Source: an uncultured Candidatus Saccharibacteria bacterium (lineage in GTDB: Bacteria; Patescibacteriota; UBA1384; DTJR01). From it: 64,000 nucleotides of DNA. Under the pieces are notes generated by a model. The model was not told where the DNA came from and made no database searches. It saw only the letters and a program-made list of their open reading frames with translations. Positions 18,344 through 28,000 of the stretch are shown piece by piece; the stretch's first letter is position 1, and every line of letters begins with the position of its first letter. Made by a program: the position numbers and the translations under genes. The DNA lies in NCBI GenBank assembly GCA_964580065.1, contig CAZOJE010000001.1:87717-151716 (forward strand). Direction: 5' to 3'.

Positions 18344-19650
18344 TTTATTGCCGATGTAGAAAATCCGCCGACCAATCCGTAAATTGGTAAAATTACCGAC
18401 AAGGCGACAAAAACGACTACTAGCCATATCACGACTAAAAGAATCGGTTCCAGAATGACGGCAAGATTTTTTGTTGAAATATCGGTTTTTTCTTCATACA
18501 TTTCGCCGATTGACATTAGTGATTCTTTCAAGCTGCCTGATTGTTCACTGGTAATAATCATCTGCTGGATAGGAAAGGGAATCAACCGCTCGGTTTTTTT
18601 ATACATTGAAAAACATTTTTGAAATGAGTTGCCTTCTTCTACCATGTCGCGCAAAAAAACATAAAATTTTTGATATTCCAAAAACGAAGATATTTCCCGA
18701 AGCGAATCAAGCGAAGCGACAAGGGGCATGCCGGCGTCGAGAAGATTGCCCAAAGTGTAACCAAAACGAGAAAGTTCGATTTCCTGAACGAGGGAATTAA
18801 TGCCCGGTATGGCAAAAATAATTTTTTGACCAATGAATTTAGTTTTTTTATAGCCAAAAAGAAAATAAATTACCAAAATTGAAAAAACTATGAAAATAGG
18901 GATAACGGTAATGCCGTGCTTGCCTAAAAATTTGCCAAAGTTAATTAAAATCTTTGTGATAAGAGGCAATTCCATTCGCATAGAATCAAAAACTTTGGCT
19001 AGATTAGGCAAAATAAACCAAGCAATACCGATGCCAATAACGAAAGTCAAGCATAAAACAGCCACAGGATACATTAAGGCCGAAAAAAGTTTTTGACGAA
19101 AAAGACGCTCTTTTTGAGTTTGAATGGAAATGACTTTGAGATTAGCGGGAAGGCGACCAGATTCTTCGCCGATTTTAATTAAAGCAATGGCGTGATTGGA
19201 AACGAGACCGGTGTTATCAAGAGCCCGCCAAATAGGCGAGCCGTCATCAATTTGCACTTTTAAATCATCAACGATTTGCTTCATGATTTTTGAGCGCAAG
19301 CCCGATTTTATAGCTTCAAGAGCGGCGGTAATGTTCATGCCGGAGGCCAAAAGCATCGAAAGATTTTCCATAAAGTAATCGCGCTCTTTGCCTAAGCCGA
19401 GATTTGAAAACGCCGAGCGCTTCTTGAACTTTCCTTCTTGCGGCTTTTGATCTGGCTTGGCTTTGGACTTTTTTTCTGGCTGATCTGGATCTACTTGTGA
19501 ATTTTTCTCCGATTTGACTTCTTGTTTTTCTTCAGGTTTGTCTTCAGGTTTTTCTTCTAATTTTCCTACTTGCTTTTCTTCTGGATTTTTCGGAGTGTTT
19601 TCGCCTTCGTTTTCCGCGACTTGGTCGTTTTTTTTGATTTCTTCGTCCAT
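18340..19650 (-). CDS. pilC: Type IV pilus platform protein PilC/GspF family, with low-complexity K/P/E-rich N-terminal extension
   Basis: Two GspF repeats with 3 TM segments; ~100-aa N-terminal (EKPEDKPEEKQ…) extension. Confidence 0.8.
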   Translation of the reverse strand: MDEEIKKNDQVAENEGENTPKNPEEKQVGKLEEKPEDKPEEKQEVKSEKNSQVDPDQPEKKSKAKPDQKPQEGKFKKRSAFSNLGLGKERDYFMENLSMLLASGMNITAALEAIKSGLRSKIMKQIVDDLKVQIDDGSPIWRALDNTGLVSNHAIALIKIGEESGRLPANLKVISIQTQKERLFRQKLFSALMYPVAVLCLTFVIGIGIAWFILPNLAKVFDSMRMELPLITKILINFGKFLGKHGITVIPIFIVFSILVIYFLFGYKKTKFIGQKIIFAIPGINSLVQEIELSRFGYTLGNLLDAGMPLVASLDSLREISSFLEYQKFYVFLRDMVEEGNSFQKCFSMYKKTERLIPFPIQQMIITSEQSGSLKESLMSIGEMYEEKTDISTKNLAVILEPILLVVIWLVVVFVALSVILPIYGLVGGFSTSAIK

Positions 19651-19653
19651 AAT

Positions 19654-21312
19654 TTATTTTTCCGGCGGCGAGGCAACCCTAAGCAGTTCTTCAATAGTTG
19701 TCAGCCCCTTCTTTACTTTTTCAATGCCATCATCAAATAAAGGTTTCGAACCTTGTTTGGCAGCGTATTCCCAAATTTCTTTTGTCGAAGGATTTTTTAA
19801 AATCAGCTCTTGCATATCGGGTGAATTATAAATAAATTCAAAAATCGCTGTACGACCAGAATAACCCTTATTGCCACAGGCGTTGCACCCCTTACCTTTA
19901 AAAAGGGTGATTTTTCCACTACCAAAATATTTTTCCGCATCAGGTAAAATTTTGGCTATTTCAGAAATTTCAACTTCTTCACTATAGCGACATTGTTCAC
20001 AAACTTTTCGCACCAAGCGTTGAGCGGCAACCAGCTGTAGCGTTGAGGCAAGCAAAAACGGTTCAACTCCCATATCAAGAAGACGGGGGATACCGGTAGC
20101 GGCGTCATTAGCATGAAAAGTAGAAAAAAGAAGATGGCCGGTTAAGGCGGCGTTAACAGCAATTTCGGCCGTTTCAGTATCACGAATTTCCCCAACCAAA
20201 ATAATGTCAGGGTCTTGTCTAACGATTGAACGCAACCCCTTCGCAAAAGTGAGGTTAGTTTGGTCGTTAACTTGAATTTGATTGGCGCCGGCAATTTTAT
20301 ATTCAACCGGATCTTCAATCGTGGTGATATTAACTTCGCTGTTGGAAAAGTTTTTTAAAATTGAATAAAGCGTAGTTGATTTACCAGAGCCGGTGGGACC
20401 GACAACCAGGACCATGCCAAATGGCTTTTTAGCGGCGCGCATTAAGAGCTCTTGATCTTGTGTCGAGATACCTAGGTCGGTTAAAGTCAGCCCTTGGACA
20501 TAAACGGCCAACATTCTAATAACAACTTTCTCGCCGTCGATCGTAGGGATAATTGAAACACGCAGATCGACATTGCCTTCCTCGCGTGAATATCGCATCG
20601 AACCGTCTTGAGAAGAAAAATGTTCGTCTACTCTTAAATGGCTCAAGACTTTGATTCTATTTAAAATATTTTCGTAGTTTATTTTTGGGATACGACCGAC
20701 TTCGTGCAAAACACCGTCAATCCTAAACCTAATGACGACTTCTTTTTCTTGCGGCTCAAAGTGAATGTCGGAAGTGTGGCTGGCGAGAGCATCTTCAATA
20801 ATTTCGTCGATAATCTCTGGTGCTACTCTGGTTTGAGAAGCGATTATTTTGGAAAATCGTGTTTCAAGCGATTTTTGGGATTGAACGATACCGGCATCTA
20901 TATCATCAGGAAAAGAAAAAGCAACATTGACTTGTTTGTCTTTAAATATTTCGGCAAATTCGGCTTCTATTTCTTCTTTTTTAGTCGGATTATCTGTGGC
21001 AATAGTGACGTTTTTTTCATTTTCCTCAAATAAAACAACCCTTAGTTTTTTGGCCGACTCTTCGGGAATTTTTAAATTTTGTTCGTGACTGGTTTGACGC
21101 GCCGAAAGTTCAACATAAGGAACATTAAAAAATTCCCCGATCGCCTGACCCAAAATATCCTTAGTCAGCAAATGTTCGGCTAGAAGATAATCAACAATCG
21201 AGCTGTCATTTTTCTTCGCAAATTCATATGCTTTGTCTATATTCTCTTTTTTAGCGTATTCCTGCTTCAAAAGAATTTCGGCGAGTTGATCGTCATCAAT
21301 AAATTTTTTCAT
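19654..21312 (-). CDS. pilB: Type IV pilus assembly ATPase PilB/GspE family
   Basis: Walker A VVGPTGSGKSTTLYS, Asp box, His box, tetracysteine (CEQC…CNACGNKG). Confidence 0.85.
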   Translation of the reverse strand: MKKFIDDDQLAEILLKQEYAKKENIDKAYEFAKKNDSSIVDYLLAEHLLTKDILGQAIGEFFNVPYVELSARQTSHEQNLKIPEESAKKLRVVLFEENEKNVTIATDNPTKKEEIEAEFAEIFKDKQVNVAFSFPDDIDAGIVQSQKSLETRFSKIIASQTRVAPEIIDEIIEDALASHTSDIHFEPQEKEVVIRFRIDGVLHEVGRIPKINYENILNRIKVLSHLRVDEHFSSQDGSMRYSREEGNVDLRVSIIPTIDGEKVVIRMLAVYVQGLTLTDLGISTQDQELLMRAAKKPFGMVLVVGPTGSGKSTTLYSILKNFSNSEVNITTIEDPVEYKIAGANQIQVNDQTNLTFAKGLRSIVRQDPDIILVGEIRDTETAEIAVNAALTGHLLFSTFHANDAATGIPRLLDMGVEPFLLASTLQLVAAQRLVRKVCEQCRYSEEVEISEIAKILPDAEKYFGSGKITLFKGKGCNACGNKGYSGRTAIFEFIYNSPDMQELILKNPSTKEIWEYAAKQGSKPLFDDGIEKVKKGLTTIEELLRVASPPEK

Positions 21313-21680
21313 TGCCCCTCAAAATATTTTTTGACGTAATCGACGATTCCGGTAATGGTTGTTTCGAACTTTGATAAAAAAGTAATCGCTCCCATTTTCT
21401 TGACCTTCTCAATATCTTCAGGTTGGTCAAGGTTACTCATAACAATTTTAGGTATTTGATTATTTAGCCCGTGTAATTTTTCTAAAAGATCAAAGCCGTT
21501 CATTTGGGGCATTATCAAATCCATCAAGATTAAGTCAAACTTGCCGGTTTTTAGCTGTTCAATTGCTTGTTCTCCGTTTTCGGCAATTTTAACCGAGAAA
21601 CCAGCGTTGTTTAGCTTCAGCTCAAGGATTTCTCTAATCGCCCTGTCATCTTCGACCAGTAGAATTGACTTATTTACCAT
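21309..21680 (-). CDS. Stand-alone response-regulator receiver (CheY-like) protein
   Basis: ILLVEDDRAIRE…DLILMDLIMPQMNGFDLL…; no output domain; first gene of pilus cluster 1. Confidence 0.8.
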   Translation of the reverse strand: MVNKSILLVEDDRAIREILELKLNNAGFSVKIAENGEQAIEQLKTGKFDLILMDLIMPQMNGFDLLEKLHGLNNQIPKIVMSNLDQPEDIEKVKKMGAITFLSKFETTITGIVDYVKKYFEGQ

Positions 21681-21822
21681 AATAACAATATAATCTTACC
21701 ACATCGCTAATAATGCAAACAGTTTTTGTGTTTTCATCGGCTGATTTGGCTGTTCGGTGGCTTTCGTTTTTGGCGGTAATTATGTAATATTGGTAAAAAT
21801 ATAATATATAGGAAGGAGCAAG

Positions 21823-21942
21823 ATGGACGAAGAAAAAGACAAGCAAACTCAAGAGGAATCCGAAGAAGAAACCGAAGATTCTGAAAATGAGGAAAAACCT
21901 TGTTGCGACGGTAACTGTGAAGGTTGCTGCTGCAATAAATAA
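21823..21942 (+). CDS. Small (39-aa) peptide: highly acidic N-terminus + C-terminal cysteine cluster (not in supplied ORF track, which omits ORFs <60 aa)
   Basis: Strong SD GGAAGGAG 4 nt upstream of ATG; translation MDEEKDKQTQEESEEETEDSENEEKPCCDGNCEGCCCNK*; followed by 16-bp-stem palindrome. Confidence 0.4.
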   Translation: MDEEKDKQTQEESEEETEDSENEEKPCCDGNCEGCCCNK

Positions 21943-21951
21943 AAATAGTTT

Positions 21952-21986
21952 GGGGGGTGTGTTTTTTTTGAAAAAAACACACCCCC
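21952..21986. terminator. Long perfect palindrome (possible terminator/regulatory hairpin) after the small Cys-peptide ORF
   Basis: GGGGGTGTGTTTTTTT-tg-AAAAAAACACACCCCC. Confidence 0.4.
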
Positions 21987-22004
21987 ATTCTATATAATTT
22001 ATAT

Positions 22005-22652
22005 ATGGATAAAATTGAGTATGCTTTAGTGCGAACCAACTCACGCGCTATTTCGATCAGCGTGAAAAATGGAGTAGTGAAAGTGCGATCGCCGCGATTT
22101 TTAAGTAAGTGGTTGATTGATCGTTTTGTTAAAAATAATCTTGCCTGGATCAAGGAGAGTCTAGAAAAAGAAAGCCAAAATCGCCGCACCTATGAAGCAG
22201 GCGATTCTTTTTTATTTTTAAACGAATCTTACACTATCAAATTGGCTTCACAAGAACAAAAAGAAAATATAGTTATTATTGACGACGAGGTTGTATTTAA
22301 TCGTGAAATTCTTTCGCCTAAAGATGCCGCTTTAGATTTTTATCGGGAAAAAACCCTGGAAATGGTTGGGGAATTTATCGGGGCATTCGGTATCGATATC
22401 GAAAGGCGAAAAATTGTTGTAAAATTATATCAGTCAAAATGGGGTAGTCTTTCGGCAAAATCAATCGCTTTTAATTTAAAATTAGCCATGGCGCCAAAAG
22501 AAGTTGTTAAATATGTTGTGGCCCACGAATTGACCCACATTAAAGTTTTTAATCATTCTAAGAAATTTTGGCAAAAATTGGCCGAAATTTATCCAGATTA
22601 TCGTCAACAAAGAAAATGGATCAGAGATAATTCGACAAACTTAAAAATATGA
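22005..22652 (+). CDS. DUF45/YgjP-family (M48/WLM-like) zinc-dependent hydrolase
   Basis: C-terminal HExxH in …VVAHELTHIKVFNHSKKFW…; TATAAT ~8 nt upstream of ATG and no SD, so possibly leaderless. Confidence 0.6.
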   Translation: MDKIEYALVRTNSRAISISVKNGVVKVRSPRFLSKWLIDRFVKNNLAWIKESLEKESQNRRTYEAGDSFLFLNESYTIKLASQEQKENIVIIDDEVVFNREILSPKDAALDFYREKTLEMVGEFIGAFGIDIERRKIVVKLYQSKWGSLSAKSIAFNLKLAMAPKEVVKYVVAHELTHIKVFNHSKKFWQKLAEIYPDYRQQRKWIRDNSTNLKI

Positions 22653-23398
22653 AAATTATCACTTGGAATATTAACGGATTGCGTTCGGGCTTTGAAAAAT
22701 TGCAGGAATTGGCGGCGGCGGAACGCCCCGATATTATTTGTCTGCAGGAAATAAAAATTTCGCCTGACGATACCCACGACGGCTATAAAAAATTTGCCTC
22801 TTACACGGGCTATTTTTGCCATGCGCAAAAAAAGGGATATTCAGGTGTGGCGATTTATTCTTTGACGAAGCCGAAAAAAATTGATTGTGGGTTGGGTAAC
22901 GACGAAATCGACCGCGAGGGGCGAGCAATCGTGGCCCATTATGATGATTTTGATCTCGTAAATTATTATTTTCCTCACAGCAACCGCGAACTTAGCCGCC
23001 TGCCGTTTAAGGAAAAATTTAATCAAGCATTTTTAGACCATTTGAATAAATTTGATCAAAACCGACTGATTGTTTGCGGCGATCTCAACGTAGCGCATGA
23101 GGAAATCGATTTGGCTCGTCCTAAAGACAATCGAAAAAACGCTGGTTTTACCGATATTGAGCGTCACTGGATGGACAAGATTTTAAATTTTGGTCTTAAA
23201 GATATTTTCCGCGAACTTTATCCCGATAAGGTTCAATATACTTGGTGGTCGAATTTCTTTCACGCCCGTGACAAAAATATTGGCTGGCGTATAGACTATT
23301 TTCTTTGCAACGAAAAGTTTTTTTCTAAAATAAAAGATTGCCGAATTGAAAATAAATATTTGGGTTCGGATCACTGTCCGGTGATTTTAGAGTTTTAA
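22649..23398 (+). CDS. xth: Exodeoxyribonuclease III (AP endonuclease Xth)
   Basis: MKIITWNINGLR…ICLQEIK…SDHCPV (EEP fold signature residues). Confidence 0.9.
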   Translation: MKIITWNINGLRSGFEKLQELAAAERPDIICLQEIKISPDDTHDGYKKFASYTGYFCHAQKKGYSGVAIYSLTKPKKIDCGLGNDEIDREGRAIVAHYDDFDLVNYYFPHSNRELSRLPFKEKFNQAFLDHLNKFDQNRLIVCGDLNVAHEEIDLARPKDNRKNAGFTDIERHWMDKILNFGLKDIFRELYPDKVQYTWWSNFFHARDKNIGWRIDYFLCNEKFFSKIKDCRIENKYLGSDHCPVILEF

Positions 23399-23402
23399 TC
23401 AA

Positions 23403-23687
23403 ATGAGCGAACTGGAACAGAAAGCAAGATTTATTGGCAAGGATATTTTATTTGTTCTGCGGCTATTTGCTGGATTTGTCTTAATTATTATCGGCACCGT
23501 TGGTCTTATTTTTCCCGTAATGCCGGATTGGATTTTGATTTTAGTCGGAATTGGTTTTTTTGATACGGAAGGGAAACTGCGCAAAAAAATTTTAAAAGTA
23601 GTGCCCAATAAATACCAAAAATCTGTGGCAAAAATTTTGTTTTATGATTTGTATTTGCGGGAAAAGCGCCAACGAGCTCTTAAATAA
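23403..23687 (+). CDS. Small two-TM membrane protein (PGPGW-like?)
   Basis: Two hydrophobic helices flanking …FPVMPDW…. Confidence 0.35.
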   Translation: MSELEQKARFIGKDILFVLRLFAGFVLIIIGTVGLIFPVMPDWILILVGIGFFDTEGKLRKKILKVVPNKYQKSVAKILFYDLYLREKRQRALK

Positions 23688-24783
23688 TTTCGGCGATGAC
23701 ACCACCGCCGATAACTGTGTTACGACTATAAAAAACAATTGACTGGCCCGGTGTGGGGGAAAATACTGGTTTGTCGAATTTAACCAAGGCCGTTTCGTTT
23801 TCGGCAGGGGAGACGGTGCAGACAATTTCTTCCTGATGAAGGCGAGTTTTAGCGCTGGCGGCGAGGGGCTTTTCCAGCTTTTCAACCGAAATCCAGTTTA
23901 AATCCTTGACCTTGAGGGCGGTTTTAAAAAGATCTTCTTTAGGCCCGACAACTACCTCATTTTTTGCTGCGTTGATTTTGGCGACATATAACGGCCCTTG
24001 ACTACTGCTGATTTTAATTCCTTTCCTTTGGCCGATAGTAAAATTGGTAATCCCTTGATGCGTTCCTAATACTTTGCCGTTTTTGTCAACAATATTGCCG
24101 GACGTAACTTTTTTGTCGCGAAAAAATAACGAGTTACTTTTGCACTCAAAAAAGTCTTGGCTTTCTTCTTTTTGAGCAAGTTCGCTAAATCCCGAATCTT
24201 TGGCTAATTGTTTGATTGATTCTTTGGTAAATGAGCCGAGCGGAAAAATAAGTTCGCTTAGTTGCGATTGGCTTAACCGATATAGAAAATATGATTGATC
24301 CTTGGTTTTGTCGGCCGCTTTTTTAAGTAGATAGCGTTTCTTATTTTTATCGTAACTTACCTTGGCATAATGGCCGGTGGCAAAATAATCAAAATCAAGG
24401 CCGGAAAGCCGAGCTTTTTCGAGTAGAAGACCAAATTTAATTTTCTGGTTACACCGGACGCAAGGGTTGGGCGTTTTCCCCTCTAAGTAAGTGGCAATAT
24501 AATTATCAAGAACGTTTTGGCTATATTCTTTTTTTAAATCAACAACGATGTGCTTAATGCCAAGCTTTTTAGCAAATTTTTGAGCCGCTTCGGTATCCTT
24601 TTCTTCGTCTGGGCCATAGCAACCGCTTTTGTGCTGGTCTTTTATTTCAAAACGCCCGTCCCAGATTTTCATGGTCGCGCCAATTACTTCGTAACCTTGT
24701 TTCAATAAAAGTAGGGCGGTCATAGTTGAATCGACGCCACCGCTCATTCCGACTAAAACAGTTTTTTGCGCTTTGTTGTTCAT
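23680..24783 (-). CDS. mnmA: tRNA-specific 2-thiouridylase MnmA
   Basis: PP-loop VLVGMSGGVDSTMTALLL, catalytic Cys region …NPCVRCN…. Confidence 0.9.
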   Translation of the reverse strand: MNNKAQKTVLVGMSGGVDSTMTALLLLKQGYEVIGATMKIWDGRFEIKDQHKSGCYGPDEEKDTEAAQKFAKKLGIKHIVVDLKKEYSQNVLDNYIATYLEGKTPNPCVRCNQKIKFGLLLEKARLSGLDFDYFATGHYAKVSYDKNKKRYLLKKAADKTKDQSYFLYRLSQSQLSELIFPLGSFTKESIKQLAKDSGFSELAQKEESQDFFECKSNSLFFRDKKVTSGNIVDKNGKVLGTHQGITNFTIGQRKGIKISSSQGPLYVAKINAAKNEVVVGPKEDLFKTALKVKDLNWISVEKLEKPLAASAKTRLHQEEIVCTVSPAENETALVKFDKPVFSPTPGQSIVFYSRNTVIGGGVIAEII

Positions 24784-25047
24784 AAAATTTGAATGAAAAA
24801 TGGTAAGTGAATTATAGACTATTTTTGATAATAATTCTAGAGTGTACCCATGTATTTACATAGTAAGTTTTTTTACTATATAATTAAAACAATAATCCGA
24901 AGTTGATTTTAATATATGAAGCAAGGAGGGATTATTAAATACATAGTTTTAGCTATTTTTGATGTGCGAAACTATAACCGATTTAAAGGTTCGGATTTTT
25001 GTAAAAGCGCCCAAAACACCTATTAAAGGTGTTTTTATGTTGAAAAA

Positions 25048-28000
25048 ATGAATTCAGATAAACCACAAGATTTAAATCAAATAGAAAACAAAACCCTGTT
25101 TTTTGCTTCGAGGCACGCAGCTTTTTTTAGGTCTCTCGGTCGCTTTGTTCGTAAAGGCGCTCGGATTGGACGGATAAAAGTGGGGCCGAAATCGGTTTTA
25201 GCGGTTTTGTTGGTTGTGTCAATTGCATATATTCTTGCCCCTTTTCAATCTAAAGCCGGCTATAGTTTTCAGGCAAATTATGATGACGGTAGCTTGGACG
25301 CTTATAACGCCCTTGGTTCGAGAACGGCTGGTACCGACACCTCCTTGCCGTCTTTGAACGCTTCCGGTTATAACAGTACCAATTCTTTGTCGTATTCCTA
25401 CGATGGCACCAGCACTCTTAAATACGCTACCGCCTCCAATCTTCCCACTGATAAGGGCTCGGTCGAAATGAAGTTCCAAAAGAGTGCTTATGGCAATAAT
25501 GCCGATCAAGACAAGGGGAGTATGTATCGTCCGTCGGGCATCGCTTACGATCCCGCCACCCAATATATTTATACGGCCGACCGTCAGAACCACCGCATTA
25601 TCAAAACTAAAATTGACGGGACCGACTGGACAACTTTCGGGCATTACGGTACCGGTACGGGGGAATTTAGCTATCCCTCTGATGTGGCCATAGATTCATC
25701 AACGGGATTTATCTTTGTAAAAGACTCGTGTAACGGTAGAGTTGTAAAAACTAAATTTGATGGCACGGGCTGGCAAACTTTGACGGGATTCTCGACTACC
25801 GAATGTAACACTAGAAATCTTGGCTGGTATCACGAAAATGAGCATCGCATTTACTACGATTCAGCCAGTGAATACATTTATTCTGTTAGCGCTGCTGGCT
25901 CAATCGTTAAATCAAAAATTGACGGCACAGGTCGAACCACTCTATCCAGTTTTGGTGGGCATAAAATGCCTGCTGATATATCGGGTCTGACTTATGACAG
26001 CGCTTCGGGTTATCTCTTCGCTACCACTACTAATGGTCATTTAGTGCGGACTAAAGAAGATGGTACAGATTGGTCTGATGTTACTGGACTAAATACTACT
26101 GCTACCGGTAGCATTTTCTACGATCCGGTAAGCACTTATCTGTATATTGCTAACTCCAATAGCGGCCAGATTGTCAAATGCTATTACGATGGTTCAAGTT
26201 GGCAGACTTTGGGCGGTTTTTCCTTCCCTACTAGTGTCTTTGTCGATACCGCCTCTGGCATGATGTATGTGTCAAATTCAAGCGGCCATAATATCATTAA
26301 AACAGCTGATTTCAGCACTACCGGCTGGACGGCTTATGGGAGCTATTATAATAATTTGATGAAGTTTGGTGGAGGCGCGGGGTCTGGCTACGATGATAAT
26401 CCTGGCGTTTCATATGACCCATCAACTGGGTATTTATATATCGCTGACAATCCCAGATGTCGAATTATCAAAACTAAAATGGATGGTACAGGCTGGCAAG
26501 CTTATGGCACCTGTGGCTCAGGTGTTGGCCAATTTAAATATCCGTCCGGTGTATTTTATGACAGTAGCTCTGGCTATATTTATGTGGGAGACCGTGGAAA
26601 CAGTCGGCTTGTCAAAACAAAAATTGATGGCACTGGCTGGACCGCATTGAATGTTAGTGAAGGTTTTATGGGAATTTTTTACGATTCAGCCACTGATTAT
26701 ATATATTATACGGATTATAATTATTTGAAAAAAACGAAAATTGATGGGACGGGATCAGGCTCTTTGGCTGGATTTAATCAACCGATTAATATTTTTTATG
26801 ATATAGCTAGTGATCCCAGCCATGATGGGAGTGGTGATTTTTACATTGCCAATAAAGGAGCCAATAATATTATCAAAACTAAATTTAATGGGACTGGCTG
26901 GACAGCTTACGGTACAAACGGCAGCGGCACAGGACAATTCAGTTCTCCCAAAGGTGTTAGCTACGATTCGTCAACCGGCTTTTTATATGTAAGCGATGCC
27001 GGAAATTATCGCATGGTGAAAACAAAATTAGATGGTAGCTGGACTGGTTGGACGGCTTATGGTGCTAGTGGCGGTGGAACGGGGCAGTTTAATAGCAACA
27101 AATGCTTGAGCTACGATAGTTCGTCTAGCAATCTTTATATTTACGACCAAAATAATTATCGCATTGTAAAAATCAGTGATTCTTTGGATGGCACCGGTTG
27201 GCAGACGACAAGCGATTATACTGCCAAGGAAAAGATTCTCTTCTCTGCTCAAGCTACTGATGATTCGCGATTAGTCTATGATGTTGCTTCGCGCAAATTG
27301 CGCTTTTATCTGGCTTATTCCAATAAAGCCCAATTCGTCGAGACCCCGACGCTTAATCTAACCGATGGCCAGTGGTACACGGTCAAGGCCTCATTCAATA
27401 AAGCCGCTCATACGCTTTCTATCGATCTTGACGGTACCAATCAGGCGACCGCAACTTACGATAGCGATTGGGGCAGCTTAAGCTTTGGCACTTACTTCTA
27501 TATCGGCGCTCGTAATGCTTCGACTACTGATCGTTGGGACGGCATGATTGATGATATAAATGTTGATATTCAGGCAGTTGATACGACCGATCCAGCTAAT
27601 CCGACCGCGGCACATGTTTATTCTTCTTCTGATCTTCAGACTGAATATAATAGTGGCGGCTGGGGTTCGGATAATGATCCGTATATCACTTTTTCCGGAG
27701 CGGCCGACGATGATAGCGGTCTAAAAGGATATTACATATATTTTGGCACTTCTAATGCGGCTGATCCGGTGACAACTTCGGGAGTTTTGGAGTCCGGAGG
27801 TGCTTTTCACTATCAAGACCATTCTGGGGCGGACGATGCTGTCCAAACGGTGCAAGTACCTACCGACGCTTTGGCCGATGGCTCAACATATTATCTTTTA
27901 ATAAAAACACAAGATACGGATTTAAATGTTTCTGATAACGCGGCCGGCTTATTTACTTTTAAATCTGATGTGACAAACCCTAGCGCCAATCCTTCCACTT

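Noticed and set aside
21670-22189. Minus-strand ORFs 21670..22044 and 21734..22189 spanning the small Cys-peptide locus
   Set aside because: Low-complexity translations that run antisense across an SD-equipped small ORF, a perfect palindrome and the start of the DUF45 gene. There is no RBS and they overlap better-supported features.
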